Program-made: the position numbers and the translations under genes | Shown: one piece after another, positions 12,540 through 24,770 of the stretch | Layout: each line of letters opens with the position of its first letter | Position numbering within the stretch: the first letter of the stretch is position 1 | Assembly (NCBI GenBank): GCA_965655095.1 | Contig: OZ296651.1 | Coordinates: forward strand, 36,890,001-36,954,000 | DNA: 64,000 nt | Origin: Haplodiscus bocki | Lineage: Eukaryota | Direction of reading: 5' to 3' | The notes under the pieces: generated by a model | Database searches by the model: none | What the model saw: the letters and a program-made list of their open reading frames with translations, nothing else | Told to the model about the DNA's origin: nothing

Positions 12540-15500
12540 ATAGGAACAGCACCATGTATAAAATCAACAAAAAAATAAAACGCAAGAAAAAAATATGAAG
12601 AGAAGAGTAGTCTCCATCCATAGCTTGGGTTTGTATAAATTTCGTCAGCATATTTGGGCATTTGAAACCGCTATAGATCTATCCTCCATGTTGGGTGGTC
12701 TGATTTTCCCTAATCCTCTAATGCACAAGATTGTTAAGCGTGCAACAAGATTGCTGAGTTGGCTATTTAGCCAGGATTTCGATTCCGAGAAACAAATGTT
12801 TCGTTTTTGAGAGATCAATTTGGCAAGTTGATATATAAATCTGGATGTGAGCTGAGAGTGATCACCGTGTGTACTAAAAATTAATTGTGTGAAGCTCCCG
12901 TGCTCCACATTAACGATTTTATTGTTGTATTGTCGTGCTTTTTCTCTCTCATGATGACTGAAAGTCTCCTCGATATTCCTGCTAATGTTCGACTGCGCAT
13001 TATCATTGAAGACGCGAATGTCGAAGAACGCTCGCTGGCTGGATCGCCAAAAGTCTCTCGCCGCGATATCCAGTCTAGCCGCATCTTCTCTATTCGTCGA
13101 TGTTGTTTCGTCTTCTGTTACCTGGACAAGGTGAGGTTCGATACTGACATCTGCGCACTCTTGATTCAGCAGATGTGCCAAGTAGTCCCGAACGTCATTA
13201 TGTCGCTTGATTTTAAACCCTCCAGTTGCACAAATTAGAGCATGATTGATTGTGTAATCCTTACTGCAAACACATGTCAGAAGCATGTTCTCTAGAGACA
13301 GGAGGTACCGCAGTCTTATCAGATCCCGAAAATCAGACTTGAATAGATGCAGATCGCTTTCCTTCAATGGTCTTGCTGAGAGCCACGAGGAAGCTCCTGC
13401 TATCGACAAGTGATCGAGCTGCCTTTTCAACAGTTGTGATGCCTCGGAATATATTGTCGCCCTGAGTGACTGGTGATGAGCCTCTTTTCTAGTCGTGTTT
13501 TTTCTATTTCTTGCTTCTGTATTTGGGGCATGTATTTGGGGCATGTACTCTTGTTGCTGATTGATTAGTAGCTGAATATGTCGATCACACACTTTTCGTG
13601 TTCGTGATGCTGCTTAGTTTGTTCTTGCAGTGTCTGTGGGGTCGTGAATACCCATTCCGCCCATCTTCACAGGAAGTCAAAAAACTTTGCACAACTCGTC
13701 ACTTATATCGCATCCAAACAGAGCTGTAAAAAACTTGTTTCTGATGGTCTCTTCAAGTGGTTTCCATGTTTGTTCCGATGGAGGAGCAACCTTTTGTACA
13801 TAAGTATAAGTGTGTTGGAACAGTGAGACAAAATAGCTATAGGCTGCAGGCGGCTTGGCCTTGGCGAGTTCGCTTAGCTTTTCCAGGTCGGTTATCAGTT
13901 TGCCAACTTTTCCTTTCGTTAGTTGATCACATGTCTCCCTCGGTTCGACGTATCCTCCTAAAAACTTGGTTGCGTCTGTAGTCACATTGACACCCGACCC
14001 TGCAAAGATTTGAAGGACCCGCTCATACTGCTCCGATTTGACAAGAAGTATTGTTTTCCTCGCATTCGGAAAATATCCGTACTTCGGTCCCTGCGCTAGG
14101 AAAGATGTCCACCATTCATGTACCGTTTCAAATTTCCCTGCCCCTGCTCCATTGTCTGCAATAGAAGGATTTTTTGGTGTTCGTCTCGTCTTCGTAGACC
14201 ATTGGTTTAGTCGCAATAGAATACATTTGCATCGCTGCAACATCCCCTTGCGTTGTTCCTTCCCAAGACATAATAACATGCTGTTTGATGTACAACGGGG
14301 TCGGGCTTTTGAATACATTATTCAAGAACGTCGAAATTTCAGGACAGATGAATGATATGTTGTGTAGTGCCGCCTGACGGTTGAGACTGTTGAACGCGTT
14401 GTCTGCATCAACGAATAGTATGCCTTCCGTTGTGCTGTCATCAAAAAATCCAGACATCGTATGTACTGCTGCTTCAACTCCGTTTCGGGCACCTGCACAG
14501 GTCTGCATCGGACCTGTTGCATTTTGTGTTTCGCCCCTGAAGTTCTGTATTAATGCTGCAGTCACGATTCTCCTGAATATTTCGCCTATTCCAACTGGCC
14601 GTATACCTGGATTTTTGTCCAACCCTATCATTCTACACGATAGGAAAGGCAGGATTGGTGCACTCTCGATCTTTGCGCTGGCGAACTTGCAAGCAGTTCT
14701 TGCCAGGGCTCCACATAAGTCGTTGCACCGATTTCCAAAACTCTCAGAGCACAGGATTATTTTGCCACTTGTGCATTCAAGCCACTTGGTCCGGCGCCTC
14801 CAGTACACTTCAGGGCCACTTTTCTTATGTACTCACCGATTAGCTCTGCATGGAGACTCTCCGGGACGGACTCTGGTGTGCCTTTTATGAGAGTTTCCGA
14901 GTTGGCTGGCTCAGCAGGAGGGTGTTTTTTTCAGCTGGTTGATAAATTCTGGAGTCGCTTCCAGATATGAACTCATTGTGCCTTCGATTAGTTTTCCGGC
15001 CAGTCCTACGTTACCTGATGTGACAGCATTTATGAAATTTCGTAATAATGTATTTTCAGATATGTTGGATATTCCCTTCGACATTCGTTTCTGCAGCATA
15101 TTAGACTCCTATATGAGTTCCCTGACATTTCCCTCGCACCAGAGTCGGAATCTGAGCTGCAGTGCATTCACATTGTCCTTGGTTTTACTGTTTTTAGATT
15201 GTTTTTGCAACATTAAGGCGGGTAGGATAAAAAAGGCGTATATTGCATTCTGCGATCCATGAGTGCCATCAATGTATATGTTCAGGACTCGGGTCATTTC
15301 GTCCAGAAACCTGTTCCCAGCTCTTCCCGTTGGGAGTCTGAAGAGGATGTGTGACATACTTCTGATGACCCCGTAAGCTTTCTCGAGTTCCTTTGCCGCA
15401 ATCCTTCCGCTTGCTACTGGAAATGTTTGTAATCCCTCGGATTCGCTGAGCTGAGATAGTACTCCTGATGCTTGTTCCGCTGGAGTAATTATATGGTCTC

Positions 15501-16140
15501 CGGAAATCGCTAGCTCACTCATCATCTGTGTGGCGCCTGTATGGCCAAGGATCTCTGCATCCGTCATTGTGTTGGGTGCCTGGTTCGAATGATTTAATGT
15601 CAGTCCTGCCATTGTTTGGCTTAGTGTGGAAGGGCTACGGGTGGACATGGGCTGTGGAGTATGTGTTTCATCTGCCAGCGTCTCTGTGTCAACATCATTC
15701 AGGTGCAATTTCGTCATGTGTTGTGTTAGTCCAGTACTTGCATTGTTCAGAACAGAGTCTGGTGGGAAATTTTCTGTATCTCTGTCATTTAGGCTCATTT
15801 GTTTGATCAATTGGGACAGGCCGGAAGAAGGATTGTTCTCCTCCAGTTCTTGTACCCGTGAGGGTCACTTGCAACGCCCACAGACATAGCCTCTTCGCCA
15901 GTCCTTTGCTCTATTCAATCCTGCGCTGCACTTCACATGGACTCTCGATTGGCCCAGGGTGCTCCTACAGAAGCTGCACTTTCTGTGTTCTGGGGATCCT
16001 GTGCGTGCTTCTGAGCAAGCGACCTGGCTGTTTATGGGTCGACTTTGCATTTCCTTGCATCTTGTGGTGCCCCAGTAAGGTTTACTGTAGTCGTGGCGGG
16101 GGGAGGGTTGATGTTTCTGAACTTTTGAGTTTTTTTTACC
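12540..16140 (-). mobile_element. CRE-clade non-LTR retrotransposon (RT + restriction-like endonuclease), frameshifted
   Basis: RT motifs GIRPVGIGEIFRR, FVDADNAFNSLNR, EGTTQGD and GPKYGYFPN; C-terminal CVC..HALIC..RHNDVRD, RLDI, FFDIRV and EREKARQY (RLE domain). Boundaries approximate; no TSD identified. Confidence 0.88.
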
Positions 16141-16143
16141 CAT
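12645..16143 (-). pseudogene. CRE element single ORF (Zn-binding N-terminus, RT, RLE endonuclease), split over several frames
   Basis: ORF pieces 15865-16143, 15109-15810, 14911-15099, 14128-14808, 13677-14318 and 12645-13592 join in the expected domain order. Confidence 0.85.
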
Positions 16144-17839
16144 ATTACATAATGGGGGCTATCGGGTTTTTTATCCGGAAAGGAGTGTAACTTATTTTTC
16201 ATCCATAAATTTGGAGACAAAATTTCGAATATTTTTAATTCAGATTTACTAAAAAATCGCCACAAAAAGCACGTGCAACCAAAAACTTGAATACTTTGCT
16301 ATTATTTGGTGATAAATGTCTTCCAAATTCAGAACAGTCGGACATCGGTCATTTTCAATTGGCAAGTAAACGTAAAAAAACGCACGCGTTGAATGGATGA
16401 TTTTCTTTACATATTTATATATGGGCGGAAAATAATAAATAAGTGTCTGAGGGGAAAAGAAAAAATTTCCCAAACTGATTGCTGAAAATTACCCGGAAAT
16501 GGGACGTACTGTGCATTATTGTGCACAAAATGCTTGGATCAGTCGGATCCCACTCTATGTTCGTGCCAGACGAAATGGTTGAATGCCATTTCAACACATT
16601 CAACATATGCTTATTCAACATATGCAATTTCAATCTGTTGCAGATTTAGCCTTCTAAGAGAAAATTTCGCGCTGAAAGATTTGATCGATAAATTAGATAA
16701 TTTAGTGAAATGAATAAAAATCAAAACCAATTCTTTGGTTTCATATTGCCTCATTTCTATAGCCAATCATAAGAAACTTCCACAGTAATTTAATTAAAAT
16801 GGTCGAAATGGGCCCATTTGAATCGAAGAGTGGTAAAAAATTTTGAGAATGCAGTTAAGACACCGTAATTTTGAGAGTTGATGTTAGCAAATAAGGTGAT
16901 GCAGCCTTCGAGTCACCCTATATTGCCTGGTAGTCAACAAAATTGACACCATCAGGTCAGCCGCAAGAGTGAAAGTTACTTTTCACTTCAGATTTCATAA
17001 GTCGTCCAGACTTAGTTGAACTGAATGATACAATTTTTGCTTTGATTTTTGAATTACGATTCTTATGGTACATCTGCGACTGTGTGACCCCAAACAAAAC
17101 GATACGATTTGGGTATAACAAGCTATGAAAGATCCGAGCAAACTTCAACATTTTGCAATATCATGCACGTAAAATTTTAATTTAATAAGCTATACGTGAC
17201 TCGTTTGATTTGAAATATCTTGATATCTACGAGAGCTTAGAAACATACAAAATACTGAAAAGATCAGAATGCCAAATTGTTGGAACTTCAATAGGTTGAT
17301 TGGAAGTGTGAAAACTTGGCATGGCATTGGCTGGAAGCGTCAAGCGTCAGGCGGAAGTTCTTGCGCAAGGAATGACACGTAACTCTAAGGACCGTTGAGA
17401 AATCTAGCTCCACAGTCGATCAATCAAATTGTTCATTTATTGAGACTTCTACAAGCTTGTTGGGCTCGATGAAGGAAAACAAAATCACAACAAAAGTCAA
17501 CACAAAAACTTTTCAATTCAAACAAGCAAGTTGAATTGGACTTGAAACATTAACATGCCTGGCCCACCAAAACTACTCTCAACTGTAACCTTCAACTTTG
17601 ACAACATGTAACCAAGAAATGAACACCATGTCAGAAACTAAATTTCTTCTATGAATTGAAATCTCAAACCTCGAACTGAACTGGTATAGATGCTCGGTTT
17701 TTCGATTTCAAATCCTTGATTAAACTAACTAAGCGCTTTTAGAACGAAGACGGCTTGTTTCTGGATAGATTTAGTACTAGGCGAGTTTACTTTTCCTTCA
17801 GAGTCCTAATTGAATCCATGAGATCAAGTTTTTTGCAGT

Positions 17840-18220
17840 TGTCGCAGGTTTCCGCCTGTGACGGCCAGACTTATACAATAAACCATTGTCGCAGCGCATC
17901 TGCTGAGCCTGCGGGCAAGCCTTGCCGAGACAAGGAACATCCCCACGCCCTCAAGAGAATGAATGAACTGCAAAACAAAATAGCAGACTTTATCTTCATG
18001 TTTTCTTTTTATTGCATTTTTTTATACATAAACATATACGGATCACAAAACTGGCCTGATCCAGACTGGGACGGAACCGCTATGAGCAAACAGAGTAACT
18101 TAACCTGAAAGGTGCTAATTTTATTAAATCAACCTTTCAAGTGTATCAAATTGATTGACGTGCAGTATTTACTAATTTGAAACAAGTGCTGTGCAAATTA
18201 ATTCATTTAGCTAAAAGCAA
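17840..18220 (+). mobile_element. 5' fragment of a diverged LTR of the same family
   Basis: TGTCGCAGGTTTCCGCCTGTGACGGCCAGACTTATACAATAAAC is the LTR start motif (SQVSACDGQTYTIN). Right end uncertain. Confidence 0.55.
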
Positions 18221-18799
18221 CGCGACTTTAATACAACGTGAAAGACTCTACGAGTGAGTATTTGTTCCGTACGCGTTCCGTCGCTAATAGTCTGCTGATG
18301 TCACAACCATTCCGACTAATAAGTTGTGCTACAATGCTGTGACGTAAATGGAAAGTATACGTATTTGCTCCGCCTCTCCGCTCAGCTGGAAAAATTAAGT
18401 TGTCGCTACTAGTAAATACGGAAAGTCTCCGGAGCATACTAGTTGATACTCGTCTAAACAAGGAATAAACTAGTATTGAATTCATTTTCTCCTCATTTCG
18501 GATAAAAAAATCCCAGTAATCTTTTACTACGGTACCATACATGAAGAAGACAAAAAAAATAATTTTTCATTATTTTTACTTTTTAATACACTGTTGCTTA
18601 ACTTTGATAAATATTCTCATTTCCCATTTCAGGAAGTTTTTCAATTTGTGACAAATTAATCATTTTGATGTCGATTTCCGAGGTATTAAGTCCGTCCAAT
18701 TTTCATCGCAAGATGGAAAAGACGCGTACTATGAGGAACAAAATTGGGTAAAGGCTGTTCATTTCTCACCAGACTTGCCATTTTTACTTTGTTGTGTTT

Positions 18800-19838
18800 A
18801 TACTCAAAGTACTTTTCCCTATTGGTAAATTGACTTGGCCTATAATTATTTATGTTTGCCGCCAAACCAAAGGTGTACGTAGGAGAAAATAAAGTACCAA
18901 CGGACAGAACAGTAAAAATTGTGCCAATAATCAGGAGCAGTGATTTTGTAATTTCTTTGAATCTGACTGTTTTATTTTTCCGACCGGATTTTCAAAAAGA
19001 AGTGTTAATTCAGTCTTCAAGGCTCTATGATTGTTGTATTCTTCAAAAGGCTACTCTGGGGAACAACAGAAAGCAAGCAGTCTTGAACAGGGAAATTTTG
19101 CTAAGGAAGTTCGAGGAGTAAACAGTCACGGGACACAAGTTGAAAAGAGAGTTAGAAGAAAGTTGTCTCAAGAGTTCAGAAGGAAAGATAGTTGTTTTCC
19201 AGACGGTCTGTTCAAATCAGACGAGTTCCGTCTGAACCCACAACCTCAGATGCGCTCCGCTATTTCGGCGACATCCGGAAGTTCTAATGGAGAAAACCAA
19301 AAAACAAATGAAAAACCTTTCCCAGAATGCTCCTCATCCTGAGGTAGGTGTCTCCCTCAGTCAATCTCCTCGAAATGTTGACCCAGACGAGACATCTCAG
19401 AAGGTGAGAGCAGTTCAGGAAGAAATTCCATACTGCTCCCCTGGGACGTCTTCAGGCAAGCAAAACGAATGTGGGCTGTACCAGTCAACCGCAATTTCCT
19501 CAGCAGCAATACCGCTGCGACGATTGGAGCAAAACGAATCTTTTTGGCCCTTCAACAGTTGGCGAACAACAGAAACTCTGCTAATATCAATATAGATCCT
19601 AAAAGAAATTCCATAAGTCCGAAGTTAATAACAACAACAACACCCACCTTCGGCGGATGATCCGAGAAATTTTTAACTGTTTGAAGAGTTTTTTCCAAAC
19701 AAGTCTCAAGATTACACAATCAGCTAACTGAAGACGACAAAAAAACTATTTTTATTATCTCATGCAAATTGATGTGTTGCAGACGTTCAAAAAATCAGCA
19801 GTCGCAACCTGAGACAATCTGGGAGAAGAAATAGCAGT
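18800..19838 (+). pseudogene. Decayed gag fragment of a related Gypsy element, running into the assembly gap
   Basis: TTPTFGG*SEKF*LFEEFFQTSLK..HNQLTEDDKKNYF aligns with TIIFDGKNEKFELFEDLFHT..EMTQAMKINHF of the gag at ~25040-25150. Confidence 0.65.
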
Positions 19839-20038
19839 NNNNNNNNNNNNNNNNNNNNNNNNNNNNNNNNNNNNNNNNNNNNNNNNNNNNNNNNNNNNNN
19901 NNNNNNNNNNNNNNNNNNNNNNNNNNNNNNNNNNNNNNNNNNNNNNNNNNNNNNNNNNNNNNNNNNNNNNNNNNNNNNNNNNNNNNNNNNNNNNNNNNNN
20001 NNNNNNNNNNNNNNNNNNNNNNNNNNNNNNNNNNNNNN
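19839..20038. other. Assembly gap (200 N)
   Basis: Run of N. Confidence 1.
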
Positions 20039-20099
20039 AACATGCATAAGGTATGGAAACAATACAATAGTGAAACTTGAAAATTTTTAGAATGAATTG

Positions 20100-21900
20100 A
20101 GGAGAAAAAGGAAATTCAGATCTAGAATTACAGATTAACTAGTAATTTTAGATGTCGAACAAGCCAAATGTTCCAGCTACATTTTTTTCAAACAATTTCA
20201 AACTTATCAAATTGCTGTGCTGCTCACTAGAAACCTTCCGGAAAAGGATAAATTTCCATTGAACGGAAGAGTGAAACGTGAAATAATTGAAGCGATTTGT
20301 CATTTTGATCATACTTTTCCATGCTCCGTCTTAAGTCTTCTAAAAGAGATTCAAATGATAAAGTGTTTTAATTGTATCAATTTACGTTCTATGCTAGCAA
20401 GAGATAATCCTTCAAAAGGTAAAAAAAATTCATTCGATCCTACTTCGTACCAAAGTTTAAGGCTCATCATTTAATGAAGCTCAAAAGCTTCAAAGGTAAA
20501 CAAATCCTCTTGAAGACTTACCTCGTTCACCAAGTAGGCGTGGCTCCTTGAGCCACTATAAATTTGAATCACAACTGCAAATAAATTGTTCCAAAATTAG
20601 TTTTTCCCAACCAAAAAAAGCTGGCATCGTATTTTCTTATTGCATGTAACAAGGCAGAATTAAATAATACTCATATCTTTAAAAATACTAATTCCTATTT
20701 TTTGATTGCTTTTCTGGTTAAAATTTTGTAAAGTTTTTTGAAAACTATATATCTTCATATTTGTGATAAAGTTGTATTAAATAGGAAAAAACGCTTTTTG
20801 TCTACAAACCCTTTTTTGAAACTCGTTAAAGATATAAGTAATATTCATTTTTTTGTGGTTTCTGAGATACGTATGCTACTAAAGAAAGCTGCCATTACTT
20901 TCAAATAAATCATACCAGAAATGTGAAAAAACACTCCAAAGAAAGATGAAAACCCTAATTTTATTGTTATGAATGTAAAGTTTATTATAATGCAAAGACG
21001 GTTAATAATCACTTTTCAACAATAGAGTTATTACTTTATACAAAAAATTTCTATGAAATTAGGAGCATATGAATATTTTCTCAGTTGTTTTAAAAGTCAA
21101 ATATCTTTTTACTAGTCGTTCTTTTTCCTTTTTAAAAAGATAGATAACCATAATCTCAATTTTAATTCTTTCCGAAGATGCTTCTTACCTCCGGTGACGT
21201 TTTCATAAACCATATTTTCCCTAACAATAATATACAAATCTTTTTATATATCTATTTCATCTAGAGTTTTTTTCTATAAAAATTGATAAAACTGGTAAGT
21301 CTAATAGTTTTTTCTCAGAATTGATTTCCATTGTAAATATCACTTTCTACTTGAAATTAGATTGATGAATTCTTGAAAAGTATTCTTCACAAAGTTGCTT
21401 AAGCATGGAGTTGATAACCGTCCGAACTACAAACAAGCCTTCCTTAGAAGTTTCTATTGAAACAGAAGCATAATCAATAGTAGACCATGGGGATAACAGC
21501 TTCGTATAATATCATTCAAAGACAAAAGAAAAACGACTGACTTAAAAGTGGTTTTTCCTGTCTCGGCTATCGTTACCAATTATAAAAGAAAACAAGAAAT
21601 GAACGTGGTTAATAGTTTACGTAATATTGAGATACAAAATTTCTCTGCCTCATGTAACCCATTATTGCTATGCTCTATAGAATTATCGTACCATAAAAAT
21701 TTTTACAGATTCTGCAATTTTTTTCTAACTTGTTTTATAAAAAGTGTAAAAAAACTTTTAATGTATTTGGTAAAAGTAATTATTCGAAATTGAACAACAG
21801 ATTTCACATTTTACTTTTTCACCTGATTAAATTGAATGAGATTTAGATATCAGATGTTTATTAATTTTTTCTTCTGAGAAATAATTACATATATCAAGAA
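20100..21900 (-). pseudogene. Highly decayed LINE-type (L2/CR1-like) reverse transcriptase remnant
   Basis: Minus strand near 21300 reads LLDLPVLSIL*KKL (cf. RPISLLPVLSKIFEKL), followed by KYG-like and (K)xFD-like remnants. Many stops; boundaries approximate. Confidence 0.4.
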
Positions 21901-22388
21901 GTTTAGTATTTGCTTTGGCTTCAAATAAGTTTAAAAAGGTCATCACAACCGTCTAAAATTGTGACTGTTGCTAATATTCAATTTACTTTTTCGGGAATAA
22001 GATGTCACTGGCTAACTAGTATACTTTCACTCTTCCAATTGTCTCCAACACAGCACTCCTGGTGAAACTCCACCTTTATCACATCAATTCTCTCAAACCG
22101 ACCAACTCATACTTCCTGCTATAGCAAATGCATATGCCAGAGACTGGGGACGTTGGTTGGAAGTGAAATCAAACAATCAAAAGGCTTTCGTAAGGCCGTA
22201 GCTTTACCACCAATCAATTTACCCCTAAACTATAGTGGACGAAAATGAATGGGCATTAAGTGATTTATTGTTATCATTTTTAGAATTGCGTATGACTTTC
22301 GTCAATGAAGCTTTTTGTGAAGCGAAATTATAGCACATAAGCGGTCGAGATATTTCGTTCAAAAACAGTAGTGTTTAAATTTTTTTTA

Positions 22389-22676
22389 AGATCACGCATT
22401 TTTGAGACCTAAACTTTTAATACTTTTCTTCGCATAGATTGGGAGCGTTGTGGAGAAGCTTCACAAACTAAGTAAGAACCTTACGTTTACATTGATATAA
22501 TTTTTTTCGAAATTGATTATAATATTTATGGACATATATCTAGACATTTTAATAGATTTTTTCTGTTCCGGAAGGTATATGTAAACTTTTGATTAGCTTG
22601 TTATGCTTTTTCATAACGCTCCCAATCTAATGGAAGAAAGGTACGAAATTTTAAGGATCTCAAAAAAGCTCGATCT
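22389..22676. mobile_element. Foldback MITE (~290 bp, ~100-bp imperfect arms)
   Basis: TTTTTGAGACCTAAA...TAGATTGGGAGCGTTGTG is inverted at CATAACGCTCCCAATCTA...TTAAGGATCTCAAAAAA. Confidence 0.7.
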
Positions 22677-22930
22677 CATTGGAAAATACACACAATATTA
22701 ATCTCGAACTTTTGGAACGGTTGCTTTCTCATAGCTAACTAAGAAAGACCATAAATTAATTACATCTGTAAAAACTAGCTAGTAAGTCAAGACAGTCTTC
22801 TTCTCCAATGCAGTATAGGTGTACCATCTAAGTAGCCACCGTGAAAAAACAAACAACAGTTCCATTTTGAGCTAATTCTATCTGTAAATATTAGGTACGA
22901 CTCTCGTGAAATTTCAATTGAGGCCGCTGG

Positions 22931-24770
22931 TGTCACAGGCTGCCGCCTGTGAATGCCTGATCTATTCTGTCAATTACAGCGGACACAGCCCCCGCATACA
23001 GGGATACTCGCTGCCCCTTTTTGAGAATTACACCGACAAAACTCCCATTAAATGCTTTACTGGATAAATTTCCTCTTCCCTCATTTCTATAAAATTAGAT
23101 ATAAAACCATATATACATATATATTAACCTACGCATATTTATCTATGTACAGAGTCCACACCAATAGCAAACAAGGTAGTATCAATCGGGAGCTTATATA
23201 AACAAATATTTATATTGCTCAATCAAATCGCAGTCTAATACTCTTTTCCGATTGATCAAATCAAGTATTTCCATCTAAATTTTGACCAAACAGCAGTATG
23301 GCTGGAGAGTGGTCAAAAAGCTGGTCAAAAGGACTTACTTTTGACCACTTTGCTTAAACAAAGTGGTCGCTTCTGAGCAAAAGGCGAACTACGGCAAAAT
23401 GAAGTCGCAAATACTAAAAAATGACCATATATAATCAATAGACTCTGCTATGTAATATTTTTAAGTATATAACTATTTATTATGTGATGCTAAATTGTCC
23501 ATTACTCAATACCATCGAATCTGAAGTGAAAAATATTATTTGGTCAAAAGACAGTCAAAGTGCCCATCTTTTGACCACCATACATTAACTTGAAGCCAAA
23601 CCTGTGCATGAAGCCTAATAACAAAATTTTTGTCATATTTAGTACATTATAACGACAAATTGACCACATAATGAAGCCTAAAATTATAATGTAATTTTTA
23701 AAATTCCCCTTTGTTGTATGACCACCTACACCTCCGTTACTCCAACCATACCCAGCAAGAAGAATTAAAACCATTGAACCAGGACTTCTATGATGTAAAT
23801 CTTACATGCAAACATGCTTTTCCTGATCTCGAGTATTTCTCCATGTTTTCGTATCAAAAATTTGCTTCTCATAAGTTTCCGGCATTTTCCCCTTTGATGT
23901 TTAATTTTTTGCTGTTTTTAAAATGTTTTCAAGATGACAATATGCAAAATGCGGGATAGGCCCTCTGATGTACTAACTGAAAATAGAGATGCTGATATGA
24001 CGTCAGTGGATTGGGCCACCCGATTGGTCAACGAATGTGAGGACAAAAGAAGGAAAAGGTGACCCACGACTGAACGAAGGCCTAAACTAGAAGAAAAAAC
24101 CATCCTGTGAGACAGTTCCCTAAAACATTCGTTCAAATCTTCATCACGTTCTTGTTTTATTGTTAATGTTGCGATCTCAAGTACAAATGTCTTATTAAAA
24201 CAAACATGGTTTCTACACGTAAGAAGAGACAGTCAAGCAAATGGCTCCTCCGCCAATTAGATGACTTCGATGAGGATGTCATTATTGGTAATGTTGCTAG
24301 TGCAGAAAGAGAAAATGTTGTAGTCAATGAAGGTAGTAATGACCAAGATTTTACCGTTGGTACCTCCAGTGGTAACTTAGTGACTAATGAAAACACGGTG
24401 AATCTGAAAACCTTGGAAAGTTGTTTTAATGAAAAGACTGACGGGGAAATGAGCAATATTGTTGATACGGTTGAAGACAGAATCCAGAAAGCATTTTTGA
24501 CTGCTATCGATAGCATTGGTGCTCCTAAGATTGAATTAGCAATTAGGTCAATTAACGCGTCTTCTGGACGAGATGCGATCGGTGTTGCAGCAAATTCAGA
24601 ACGCGGGAAACATGTAGGGATTAATGCCTCTTTTACAAACGCATCTGGAAACAACAATGTACTACATCTATCAAACGTAAAGGATGAGACTTGAAATAAT
24701 ATTAGGGACGAGGTAGGTGAGTTTTTTGTCCCAGAAACACGTTTCGACCGGCAAAAACACACTCATCACA
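22931..24770 (+). repeat. 5' LTR (1840 bp)
   Basis: Starts TGTCACAGGCTGCCGCCTGTGA and ends CACACTCATCACA, where homology to the copies ending at 53806 and 6569 stops. Confidence 0.88.

Noticed and set aside
14381-14890. Plus-strand ORFs over the CRE element
   Set aside because: Antisense shadows of the RT frame.
18633-18747. Candidate Rho exon 2 (good acceptor, open phase-1 frame)
   Set aside because: Translation GSFSICDKLIILMSISEVLSPSNF lacks the QEDYDRLRPLSY switch II pattern and lies amid LTR-family debris.
19787-20067. ORFs spanning poly-X
   Set aside because: Artefacts of the N gap.
24163-24762. 199-aa antisense ORF in the LTR (and 53307-53798)
   Set aside because: Shadow of the sense Gag frame with an alternative start codon; no independent support.
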